Assembly: GCA_018335335.1 (NCBI GenBank)
Contig: JAGXKG010000001.1
Coordinates: forward strand, 169,801-233,800
From: Candidatus Thorarchaeota archaeon
GTDB lineage: Archaea > Asgardarchaeota > Thorarchaeia > Thorarchaeales > Thorarchaeaceae
Reading direction: 5' to 3'
Length of the DNA: 64,000 bases
Shown: positions 1 to 8,548 of the stretch, piece after piece
How positions within the stretch are numbered: the stretch's first letter is position 1
Layout: each line of letters opens with the position of its first letter
Made by a program: the position numbers and the translations under genes
The notes under the pieces: generated by a model
What the model was told of the DNA's origin: nothing
Seen by the model: the letters and a program-made list of their open reading frames with translations, nothing else
Databases searched by the model: none

Positions 1-1
1 T

Positions 2-151
2 TTCGGACGCATTGTCGGTAGATGGTCTAAACCGGACAAATATCAGCATTTCAAAGCAGACACAATGAAGCAAGCTAAATTGGAAATCGCGAAGCAGTTG
101 ATTACCAATCTACAGCAACAGGACAATATAGAGTATACACTACTCAATTGA
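2..151 (+). CDS. Partial CDS, C-terminal ~50 codons of an unidentified protein entering from the window edge
   Basis: Frame 2 is open from the window start to TGA at 149-151 (..MKQAKLEIAKQLITNLQQQDNIEYTLLN*). No recognisable family. Too short for the ORF track. Confidence 0.2.
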   Translation, partial: FGRIVGRWSKPDKYQHFKADTMKQAKLEIAKQLITNLQQQDNIEYTLLN

Positions 152-191
152 ACAGGTGCATCCTGGAAACGCTTCTCTTCGACAAGCGTCT

Positions 192-674
192 TTAGAACTG
201 ACCGGTTTTGACTCCGTATAGATAGGCAAAGATCAGGAAAGCGAGGCCTGCCAAAATGCTTCCAAGTACCAGCAGCCGGGTTGCATATCCGGGATTGAAC
301 ACATACTTCGATGCATAGTATATGAGGCCTAGTCCAACTGTACCCATCAATATGACGACGGATGCTACAATCCCTTCCATACCTAGCTGTTGATTGGTGC
401 CCGGTGCAACCAAGATTGGCCGATTGTTTGATCCACCAGCGATAGATGGTGGAGTCTTCACAAGTGTGTAAATGTTCCCTCCAAGAACGAAAAGAACGCC
501 CAGGAACATTATACCAAAGACTACGATGTCAGGAGGGCGACTAGGCATCCCAAATCGCGGCCTGCCAAGTCTTAATCGCGGTTTGACAATGAATTTTGGC
601 CACCAAGGCTTCAACAGTGCTACCTCAAATCGATTGCTTTCAGAGTCCTCTTTTAAGAGTATCGTGGGATACAA
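192..674 (-). CDS. Small integral membrane protein (3 predicted TM helices). The true start may be the internal Met giving 192..551.
   Basis: Hydrophobic helices VVFGIMFLGVLFVLGG, IVASVVILMGTVGLGLIYY, LLVLGSILAGLAFLIFAYLYG. The basic, low-complexity N-terminal 40 aa overlaps the topA start on the opposite strand, so the shorter start is favoured. Confidence 0.4.
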   Translation of the reverse strand: MYPTILLKEDSESNRFEVALLKPWWPKFIVKPRLRLGRPRFGMPSRPPDIVVFGIMFLGVLFVLGGNIYTLVKTPPSIAGGSNNRPILVAPGTNQQLGMEGIVASVVILMGTVGLGLIYYASKYVFNPGYATRLLVLGSILAGLAFLIFAYLYGVKTGQF

Positions 675-2869
675 AACCGTACCATCGGTTTTATCGTTCG
701 ATATTTAAGCTCGAACAAAAGAGAGAGCACTATTCAATTGACATTAAAAGAGGTCTTACTCTGAAAAGAACGATAATAATAGCTGAGAAGCCTCAAGCAG
801 CAAGACGGATATCCAAAGCCCTCGCCACAGAGGGGATTTTCACGGAAAACAAAAAGGGAAAGGCTTCCTACTTCGAATTTGAGCGTGAAGGGGGGAAAGT
901 ATGTGTTCTCTATGCGTTGGGGCATCTATATGAGCTCAAGCAGTCAGAAAAAGGATGGACATATCCTCGGCTTGAAACAGAGTGGGTACCTAAGTATGAG
1001 GTAGATAAGAAAGACAAGAGAAGCAGGGCATTGATTGAACTAATTCAAAAGGTAGCAGATGGGGCACAGGATTTTCTGATTGCTACCGATTTAGACATTG
1101 AGGGTAGCCTGATAGGATATCATGTACTCAAGTATGCCTGCCGAGAAAATCCGCAGAAGGCACAGCGGATGCATTTCTCAACGCTTACAAAAAAGGAACT
1201 TCGCAAAGCGTATGAGAATCCATCCGAGCATCTTGATTTCCCCATGATAGATGCGGGCATAGCCAGACATGAGATTGATTGGCTCTATGGAATCAACCTT
1301 ACCCGAGCATTGACCCTTGCAATCAAAGAAGTTACTGGATGGTTCAAAATCGTTAGTACCGGAAGGGTTCAAGGACCTACTTTGTCTTTTGCGGCAGAGA
1401 GAGATGGACAGGTAAATCTCTTTGTTCCAAAGCCCTTTTGGGTGATACTTCCAAAGGGAAGATTTGGTGGAGAGGAGTTTGAACTTGAATACTCCAAGAA
1501 TAGAATAGGACGAAAGTTGGATGCAAATGAGATTAGAATAGAATTACTCGATAGTCAAGGCAAGGTAGAAGAAATTAGGCGAAGAAAATTTGAAAGAAAA
1601 CCCCCAGTTCCCTTCAATCTCAGCGGACTTCAATCAGAGACTTACAGGCACTTCGGCTTCAAACCAAGTCGGACTCTGGCCATCGCACAATCGCTTTACC
1701 TTCGTGCACTCATTTCATACCCTCGAACAAGCAGTCAGAAACTGCCAGAGAGTATCGACACCAAGGAAATATTCGAGCAACTCAAAGAGCAGAAACAATA
1801 TACCACGTTAGTACAGAAGATTCTGAAAAACGAAAAAATCACACCTAGACAAGGAAAAAAGAAGGATCCTGCGCACCCAGCCATCCATCCCACGGGAAAG
1901 AAACCGGAAAAAGCACTCTCATCTAGCGAAGCAAAAGTATACGATCTTGTGGTTCGGCGTTTCTTTTCTGTATTTGGAAAGAATGCTGTAAGAGAGAGTA
2001 TACGAACAGATATTCGTTGCAAGAAACATGTACTCTACGCGAGGGGGATTAGAACCGTCGATACAGGATGGATGGTATACTACGGCGAATACGCTTCACA
2101 AGAAGAGAAAGCAATACCACGCTTTGAAGTAGGCAACACCATAGCCATCACAGCGGTAGATGTTGATGAAAGATATACTTCGCCACCCCCCAGATACAAT
2201 CCATCAAGTATGGTGAAAAAATTGGAAAAGGTTGGGCTGGGAACAAAGGCAACTCGAGCTGGAATAGTGGATTCATTAAAATCACGGGGATACACGATTG
2301 GGGATCGATTTGAACTATCAAAACTTGGTTATGCCATTTACGAAACCCTGAATCACTACATTCCAGAGATTCTCTCTGTTGAGATGACGAGAGAGCTTGA
2401 GGACAAGATGAAGGAAATACAGGAAGGAAAGCGGAGTTTGGATGAAGTACTAGAAAACACAAAAGAGACGCTTTCAAAGTTGTTGGAGACATTCAGAGAA
2501 CGAGAAGAAGAAATAGGAAATGACCTAGTCCATGGATTGAAAAGATATTGGAAAGATAAGAGGGAGTTAGGGGCCTGCCCAAAATGTGACGATGGCATGC
2601 TAGTAATTGTGCGTTCACAGAAGACCGGGAAGCGATTCGTGGGTTGCTCCAACTACAAAAAGACGGGGTGTGACCAAACCTATCCGCTACCACAAAAAGG
2701 AGAAATTACCCCCTTTGATGAGAAATGCCCACATTGTGGACATCAGATGATCCGAGTACACTCAGGTAGACGCCCCTGGAAAACCTGTGTAAATTGGGCT
2801 GATTGTCCAGGAAGACAAAAAGACTTGAAGAATCTGAAGAACAGAAGAGAGGAGGAGGGAGAGGAATGA
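596..2869 (+). CDS. topA: DNA topoisomerase, type IA (Topo III-like), with C-terminal zinc ribbons
   Basis: TOPRIM start (TIIIAEKPQAARRISKAL), acidic TOPRIM motif (IATDLDIEGS), active-site Tyr motif (LISYPRTSS) and two C4 zinc ribbons at the C-terminus (CPKCDDG..C..C and CPHCGH). There is no in-frame alternative start between 596 and the TOPRIM, so the N-terminal extension is uncertain. Confidence 0.85.
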   Translation: MATKASTVLPQIDCFQSPLLRVSWDTKPYHRFYRSIFKLEQKREHYSIDIKRGLTLKRTIIIAEKPQAARRISKALATEGIFTENKKGKASYFEFEREGGKVCVLYALGHLYELKQSEKGWTYPRLETEWVPKYEVDKKDKRSRALIELIQKVADGAQDFLIATDLDIEGSLIGYHVLKYACRENPQKAQRMHFSTLTKKELRKAYENPSEHLDFPMIDAGIARHEIDWLYGINLTRALTLAIKEVTGWFKIVSTGRVQGPTLSFAAERDGQVNLFVPKPFWVILPKGRFGGEEFELEYSKNRIGRKLDANEIRIELLDSQGKVEEIRRRKFERKPPVPFNLSGLQSETYRHFGFKPSRTLAIAQSLYLRALISYPRTSSQKLPESIDTKEIFEQLKEQKQYTTLVQKILKNEKITPRQGKKKDPAHPAIHPTGKKPEKALSSSEAKVYDLVVRRFFSVFGKNAVRESIRTDIRCKKHVLYARGIRTVDTGWMVYYGEYASQEEKAIPRFEVGNTIAITAVDVDERYTSPPPRYNPSSMVKKLEKVGLGTKATRAGIVDSLKSRGYTIGDRFELSKLGYAIYETLNHYIPEILSVEMTRELEDKMKEIQEGKRSLDEVLENTKETLSKLLETFREREEEIGNDLVHGLKRYWKDKRELGACPKCDDGMLVIVRSQKTGKRFVGCSNYKKTGCDQTYPLPQKGEITPFDEKCPHCGHQMIRVHSGRRPWKTCVNWADCPGRQKDLKNLKNRREEEGEE

Positions 2870-3099
2870 GTAGCTGTGTAATTTGTGAACGTGATTTATC
2901 AGGGCAGAGCAATCTTTGTGAATACCACCTGATGGCAAAGAAAAACATTGAGAAGAGATACGATGACTGGAAACGGGCTCTTGATATCCCCTATGAGAAT
3001 TATTTGCAAGAATTGTGTGAAAATGACGCAACGGGACGGTGGGTCAAGGATGTTGCTGATGCTATTCTTGCTGGAGATGTTGTTTCAGCGCCCTCATGA
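2866..3099 (+). CDS. Small Cys/His zinc-ribbon protein (77 aa), translationally coupled to topA
   Basis: Its ATG overlaps the topA stop (ATGA). MSSCVICERD...CEYH gives a C-x2-C...C-x2-H arrangement. No known family recognised. Confidence 0.45.
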   Translation: MSSCVICERDLSGQSNLCEYHLMAKKNIEKRYDDWKRALDIPYENYLQELCENDATGRWVKDVADAILAGDVVSAPS

Positions 3100-3418
3100 C
3101 GCCCATGGTAGAAGATCTATCAAAATCCTTCACAGAAACGACCAATATACAAGCCTGTTCCGTCCAGCTGGAAATACGTTCAGCTAGAGTTCGTGCCAAT
3201 GTTGAATCGATAGCATTTGAAAAGAGAGTCGTAGAAGTTGGCTCATTCCTACCTCTTCCTTCGGGTATACTGACAGCAGTATTTCCCAATCTGAATTTAC
3301 TTGAATCCGAAAGTAAAATAATCAGGCCATTTTCGAGATACATTACCCGTACTCTAAGTGATCCTGTTTTTGTCTCAACGTCAAAATCATTGATATTCTT
3401 AGCGTCCATGGAATCCAC
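3062..3418 (-). CDS. Roadblock/LC7 (MglB-like) domain protein
   Basis: The translation has Roadblock-like blocks: RVMYLENGLIILLSDSS (compare MglB ..VVFLVDKNGQLISSAG) and a C-terminal ILVVSVKDFDRSSTMGVMRALKQ (compare ..VVLVVIFDNRTSLGLVRLRIKKA). Probable GTG start. It is antisense to a 116-aa plus-strand ORF that I judge to be a shadow. Confidence 0.45.
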   Translation of the reverse strand: MDSMDAKNINDFDVETKTGSLRVRVMYLENGLIILLSDSSKFRLGNTAVSIPEGRGRNEPTSTTLFSNAIDSTLARTLAERISSWTEQACILVVSVKDFDRSSTMGVMRALKQHLQQE

Positions 3419-3512
3419 GTTGTTTCCTACGGACGATACCTATTAAATCATTGACGAGTCGGACAACAACAGCATTATCAAGGCAATGAAACTGGAGTAG
3501 TACGATAGGCCA

Positions 3513-5438
3513 ATGAAAACTGAATTCGCTTCACATGATTTCTTCCCCTATAAACAACAAAGACCAGGACAGAACGAGATGATGGCCCGCATAGAGGAGG
3601 GTGTTAGACGAGGCAAGAATGTCTGTGTGGAAGCCCCTAACGGATTTGGAAAAACAGCAGTTACATTGGCAGGTACACTTCCTTGGGTGAAGGAGAATGA
3701 TGGAACCATTCTGTATTGTGCTCGCACTCATCGGCAATTAGATCGAGTGATGGAAGAACTCAAGGAGATAGAAGCAAGGGAAACGGTAAGCGGAGTGTCA
3801 TTTAGAGGGCGAAGCCATATGTGCGTGAACCCTTTTGTCTTAGAGAATACAGATTATGTTTCATCCTTAGGGGATGTATGTGGGCAGCTTAAAGCTAGCA
3901 AAAGATGTGCTTATTACGAGAATCTAAAAGAAAGAGGGGGAGCAATGGCGCTGCTTGAGAAAATGCCTTCGTCCGTACTGAAAGCTCCAGAGATTGTGAA
4001 GTTCGCGGCCAAACATGACCTCTGTCCTTATGAATTGGCAAAACGGCTTGCAAAGGTAGTTGATGTAATATCACTCTCATATCTGTATGTTTTCAGCCCA
4101 TTTGTTCGAGAAGCTTTTTTTCCCGAACTAGAAAAACCAATGTCGAAAATGGTATTGATACAGGACGAGGCACACAATGTTCCAAGTACCGCACTCGATT
4201 CGGCAAGCGATTCACTAACAGTTGGAATCGTTAGGCAGGCAATTAGAGAAGCCTCAACTTACAATGACAAGAAGACCAAGAAGTTTTGCAAAGGCTTGGC
4301 AGAAACTATTCTAGATTTGTCAGCAGGGATGAAGGACTATGATGAGATAGGTGTCAACCCCAAGGCCATCTATGAAACAGCAATAGAAAAATCCGGTTTA
4401 GGGGAGAGAGAGCAAATTCTCATGCATATGGAAGATATGGGGAATAATATCCGAAAAGGATTGCTCAAGGCCGGGAAATTTCCAAGGTCAACTATTCATA
4501 GAGTAGCAGCATTCATGATGAACTGGCTGAAATACGTTGAGCACGATGACTACGCATTCTTGATGGAATCTGAGATAACTAGGAACAAGAGCAGGAAGGT
4601 TTCACTAGAGCTTGTTGCATTAGATCCTACAGCTGTTACATCTCCCATTCTGCGTTTAGTCGGGAGTTCTGTAGCCATATCCGGAACTCTTTCACCTCTG
4701 GATGCGTATTCAGAAATGCTTGGGTTTGGTTCGGATGCTAAGAACCTGACATACTACAACCCATTCGCTAAGGAGAACAGAAAAGGAATAGTTGTTGAGA
4801 ACGTGGAAACTTCATACAGATCAAGAACAAAGAAGATGTTTGACAGAATAGTAGCACACTGTGCTGCCATCGTACGGGCTACCCCCACGAACACGGGTAT
4901 TTTCACAACCAGTTATGGGCTGATTAAAGAGCTGATGTCAGCGGGGCTAGAAAGAAAAATCAATAAGAAATTGTTCGTCGAAAGACGGGGTCTTAGAGGG
5001 TCTGAGAACGACAAACTCGTGGAAGATTTCAAAAAGAGAGCTGAAAACGGGGGGGCGGTGTTGCTTGGAGTGCAAGGTGGGCGCAATTCAGAAGGAGGTA
5101 ATTTCCCAGGCTCCAGCATGGAAAGCGTTGTAGTTGTAGGAGTGCCTTATGCAAGGCCTACGCCAAGAATCGAAGCGTTAATCAATTACTATGATAAGCG
5201 ATTTAACAACAAGGGTAGAGATTACGCTTATGTTCTACCAGCTATGACCAGAGCAATACAGGCTGCTGGAAGACCAGTAAGAAAGCTTGATGACAAAGGA
5301 GTAATAGTATTTCTAGATCAGCGATTCGCAACCGGCTATCTGAAGAGATTTATGCCAGATTGGCTTATCGAGGTCACCCATACACTTCCAGATAGTCCCA
5401 ATTTGGTAGAAGAGGAAGTGCAGGCTTTCTTTCAATAA
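3513..5438 (+). CDS. xpd: XPD/Rad3-family 5'-3' DNA helicase with Fe-S domain
   Basis: Walker A (EAPNGFGKTAV) and a DEAH box (IQDEAHN). Four-Cys FeS cluster domain between the motifs (C..CGQLKASKRCAYYENLK) and a C-terminal helicase domain (QAAGRPVRK). Confidence 0.85.
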   Translation: MKTEFASHDFFPYKQQRPGQNEMMARIEEGVRRGKNVCVEAPNGFGKTAVTLAGTLPWVKENDGTILYCARTHRQLDRVMEELKEIEARETVSGVSFRGRSHMCVNPFVLENTDYVSSLGDVCGQLKASKRCAYYENLKERGGAMALLEKMPSSVLKAPEIVKFAAKHDLCPYELAKRLAKVVDVISLSYLYVFSPFVREAFFPELEKPMSKMVLIQDEAHNVPSTALDSASDSLTVGIVRQAIREASTYNDKKTKKFCKGLAETILDLSAGMKDYDEIGVNPKAIYETAIEKSGLGEREQILMHMEDMGNNIRKGLLKAGKFPRSTIHRVAAFMMNWLKYVEHDDYAFLMESEITRNKSRKVSLELVALDPTAVTSPILRLVGSSVAISGTLSPLDAYSEMLGFGSDAKNLTYYNPFAKENRKGIVVENVETSYRSRTKKMFDRIVAHCAAIVRATPTNTGIFTTSYGLIKELMSAGLERKINKKLFVERRGLRGSENDKLVEDFKKRAENGGAVLLGVQGGRNSEGGNFPGSSMESVVVVGVPYARPTPRIEALINYYDKRFNNKGRDYAYVLPAMTRAIQAAGRPVRKLDDKGVIVFLDQRFATGYLKRFMPDWLIEVTHTLPDSPNLVEEEVQAFFQ

Positions 5439-5444
5439 ACGCCT

Positions 5445-6251
5445 CTATTCCAAAAATGGAGAAAGTCTAGCTCTACCTAGCAGAACATCACGAGCTTGGC
5501 TTACCGTAAGATTGACCCGTCCTTGACTAAGACTTCTAACTAGATGTCTCAAAGAACGAATGTATCCTCGTTTAGGTTCAAGATAGAAATCTGATTCCAA
5601 AGAATCTCTACCATGACGTAAGGCAATTAAAGCAGCGGAGGATTCATCGGAAGCGCCGGATAGTGTTGTATGGCTTTCATCAACCATTTCAACAGTAGTA
5701 TTCTCTGAGAGAGATAATTCTCGAAGATATAAAGCAGCATATAATCGAGAGCCGGTTCCGACTCTTACTATCGGATGAGGGAATTCAGTATGTGAGGCGA
5801 GTTCAGAAACCCAGTTTTCAGTATCTTTCGCAGCCTCACCTGGGGAACAAAGGGTTTTTGCGTAAACAGCAGTGCCATCAGCTACAAGTGCTAATCCGAA
5901 TCTCAAGCCAGGATCCACACCAATAGCTAAAGAATGAGGCGCATCAATTTCAAATAGGTTCATCATAATCTCGATTGCAGCAATATCGCGATCAAAATAT
6001 CCCGAAACAACAACCTGACGTCCGGGATTAAAAGTACAGGGAGGGTCATCAGTATCGGTAATCACAACTTTGGCCGATGCACAACGAATGTCATTCGGCG
6101 GACAGATAACAAAAGACAGGCCTAGCTCTTCAAGTAGCTGGACACTCAGATATAGCGTTTTAGTATTCCTCGTTGCTACGGCAACCTGAAATTTCTCCAT
6201 TTCGTAGTACCTTCTGTCTTTATCATGTCTAAGAGTAGGTTTATGTAGCAA
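5445..6251 (-). CDS. Predicted RNase H-fold nuclease (RuvC/YqgF-like motif) with an N-terminal accessory domain
   Basis: LAIGVDPGLRFGLALVADG resembles the first carboxylate motif of RuvC/YqgF resolvase-like proteins. Likely real start at MEKFQV (about 6200). Convergent with xpd and adjacent to radB. Confidence 0.45.
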   Translation of the reverse strand: MLHKPTLRHDKDRRYYEMEKFQVAVATRNTKTLYLSVQLLEELGLSFVICPPNDIRCASAKVVITDTDDPPCTFNPGRQVVVSGYFDRDIAAIEIMMNLFEIDAPHSLAIGVDPGLRFGLALVADGTAVYAKTLCSPGEAAKDTENWVSELASHTEFPHPIVRVGTGSRLYAALYLRELSLSENTTVEMVDESHTTLSGASDESSAALIALRHGRDSLESDFYLEPKRGYIRSLRHLVRSLSQGRVNLTVSQARDVLLGRARLSPFLE

Positions 6252-6268
6252 ATTAATTAGTCCTCAGA

Positions 6269-6976
6269 TTGGTGAACTCATTATTGATTCTTCCGTCGGG
6301 GAATCGCCTAATTGATACACTACTGGAAGGGGGACTACATACCGGTGAACTTACCCACATATATGGAGAGGCCGCCGCAGGTAAGACAACGCTCGCATTG
6401 CAGTTTGTGCAATCTGCCTACAGAATCGGCATATTCAGTCTGTACATCAATTCGGAGTCAACATCTCCAATTCCAAGATTGGAACAAATAGCCAATAGGG
6501 AATTCGAGAAACTGAAAGAGAGAATAACGCTAGTGTCACCAATGAGTTTTCAGCAACAGGGAAAGATGGTTGCGAATCTAGAATCATATGTAAGAGAGGG
6601 GACCAAGCTTGTTGTAGTAGATACTATGACCAAGCTATATAGAAGTGTGTTGAGCAACAAAAAGCAAAACTATGCGGCTCATCGCCAGCTTAACACGCAA
6701 ACGGGTATACTGAAAGGAATTATCAAGCAACGCGATATCGCCTTGCTCATATTGAATCAAGCTAGAGGTAGTTTCAATACTGATACCGACTTTGAGCCGG
6801 TCGCAAAGAACATAATGGAATACTGGGCTGACCGTACTCTTAGAATGGGAATCGGTAATAAAACTGGAGAGCGAATAATCGAATATCAGAAGAATGATAA
6901 TAAACCAATTAAGCGAAGCTTATATCTAACTGACCAAGGGCTCGAAGTTCAGAGCAAAGGAATTGACAGACAATAA
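6269..6976 (+). CDS. radB: RadB, RecA-superfamily recombination/repair ATPase
   Basis: Short (235 aa) RecA-fold with Walker A GEAAAGKTTLALQ and no N-terminal HhH domain. Its size and architecture fit archaeal RadB rather than RadA. Confidence 0.7.
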   Translation: MVNSLLILPSGNRLIDTLLEGGLHTGELTHIYGEAAAGKTTLALQFVQSAYRIGIFSLYINSESTSPIPRLEQIANREFEKLKERITLVSPMSFQQQGKMVANLESYVREGTKLVVVDTMTKLYRSVLSNKKQNYAAHRQLNTQTGILKGIIKQRDIALLILNQARGSFNTDTDFEPVAKNIMEYWADRTLRMGIGNKTGERIIEYQKNDNKPIKRSLYLTDQGLEVQSKGIDRQ

Positions 6977-6997
6977 GTAGGGGACACGGATGCAAAC

Positions 6998-7558
6998 ATG
7001 TATGAAGTACTGACCCTGATAGGCCTCTCCATTTGGCTTGGTCTGCCAGCTTGGATAGCAAATGCTATACCGGTTATTCTTGGCGGCGGGCTACCCATAG
7101 ACCTAGGGAAAGATTTTATCGACGGAAAGAGGGTTCTAGGAAACGGAAAAACAACACGAGGATTTGTTACAGGCGTATTGTTTGGGACACTTGTGGGAGC
7201 AGCTCAATCTGTTGTGGCACCTTTTTTGGTAGCTGAAGTCACGCAGTATGTTGTTGTAACTCCAGAAATGCTTTCAATTTTCCATTTGACAATACCCATT
7301 TCATTTCTACAATCTACAGGAGCACTAACAGGAGATATGATTGGTTCATTTGTAAAAAGACGGGTCGACGTTCGTAGTGGTAACCCTGCCCCTGTACTCG
7401 ATCAGCTCGGATTCATCATCATGGCATTGTTGTTTTCTTCACCACTCATATGGCCAGGACGGCAATATGTTTCAATCCTCATAATCATGACATTGGTCAT
7501 TCACTGGATAACCAATATCACTGGCTATATTCTCGGTTTGAAGGATAAGCCTTGGTAG
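6998..7558 (+). CDS. carS: CDP-archaeol synthase (CarS, DUF46 family)
   Basis: A 186-aa polytopic membrane protein. The lysine-containing loop motif GNGKTTRGF is typical of CarS / CTP-transferase-like proteins. Fits a lipid-synthesis context (egsA and mevalonate operon in the window). Confidence 0.55.
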   Translation: MYEVLTLIGLSIWLGLPAWIANAIPVILGGGLPIDLGKDFIDGKRVLGNGKTTRGFVTGVLFGTLVGAAQSVVAPFLVAEVTQYVVVTPEMLSIFHLTIPISFLQSTGALTGDMIGSFVKRRVDVRSGNPAPVLDQLGFIIMALLFSSPLIWPGRQYVSILIIMTLVIHWITNITGYILGLKDKPW

Positions 7559-7698
7559 AAGCATTTCGACAACCTTTTATGTTTGCAGAAAGGTCTATTC
7601 ATATTCTCACAAAGGGGTACATGGAACAGAACAGACGAAATATTTGTGGGATCTCTTGAACAGATTTTGATGAATAATACCGGAGTAGGTTTGAAACA

Positions 7699-8544
7699 AT
7701 GAAGGTATCGGACTGCATGCAGAAGGATGTAGTTTACGTCTCTGTCCCAGGTACTCGGGAAGATGTACTGACAATTATGGCAGAGAAGGAGATTAATGGT
7801 TTTCCTGTCTGCAAGAAGGGAACTAAACAACTAGTAGGCATAGTAACAAGAAGTGATTTGCTCCGCAAACCAGATGAAAATCAGCTTGCAATGCTCATGG
7901 TGCGAGACCCAATTACAGTATCACCAGATACAGATATCCATGAAGCAGCAAAGATGATGGTTGAAGAGAACTTCCGGAGATTGCCGGTTGTCGAAAGAGA
8001 TGAGCTAGTGGGGTTAGTTACAGTTCCTGACATATTGGGAGCAGTACTTGAGCCTAGCAAGAAATACCAAAATGAGAGTATCGCCGATTATATCAATGAG
8101 AGGGTCATAGCTATCTGGGAGGAAACTCCACTACCTTTGTCTTATATGATAATGGAGATGGCTCAAGAGAGTGCTCTCGTCGCTATGAATGAGAGCGGAG
8201 GGGTGACCGGGCTGATTTCTGTCAGTGACTACATCCGACTCTCAGAAGTTTCTATAGAAGACAATGTATCCAAGACCTATAGTGGAAACGAAACCGGTGT
8301 GGAATGGGGTTGGACTTCCAAAGACTTCCTTGTTGTAACCAAGAAGCTCCTAAAGTTACCACATGTACCTGTGAGTGAGGTCATGACCAAGAAAATCATT
8401 TCATTGAGTGAAGTTACAACTATTGCTGAATGTGTAAGAACACTCAGGAGAAACAATATAGATCAAGCACCTGTGCTATCTGCAAAGAATGCCCTCATTG
8501 GTATGATTGAAGATAGAGACTTACTGAAGCTGACAATTGAATAG
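7699..8544 (+). CDS. CBS-domain protein (about four tandem CBS domains)
   Basis: Repeated CBS signatures (VGIVTRSDLL, LVGLVTVPDIL, GLISVSDYI, LIGMIEDRDLL). Confidence 0.7.
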   Translation: MKVSDCMQKDVVYVSVPGTREDVLTIMAEKEINGFPVCKKGTKQLVGIVTRSDLLRKPDENQLAMLMVRDPITVSPDTDIHEAAKMMVEENFRRLPVVERDELVGLVTVPDILGAVLEPSKKYQNESIADYINERVIAIWEETPLPLSYMIMEMAQESALVAMNESGGVTGLISVSDYIRLSEVSIEDNVSKTYSGNETGVEWGWTSKDFLVVTKKLLKLPHVPVSEVMTKKIISLSEVTTIAECVRTLRRNNIDQAPVLSAKNALIGMIEDRDLLKLTIE

Positions 8545-8548
8545 CATT

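Noticed and set aside
3096-3446. 116-aa plus-strand ORF with ATGA coupling to the Zn-ribbon gene
   Set aside because: It lies antisense to an ORF with a recognisable Roadblock/LC7 pattern. It is provisionally treated as a shadow ORF but flagged in findings because the coupling is suspicious.
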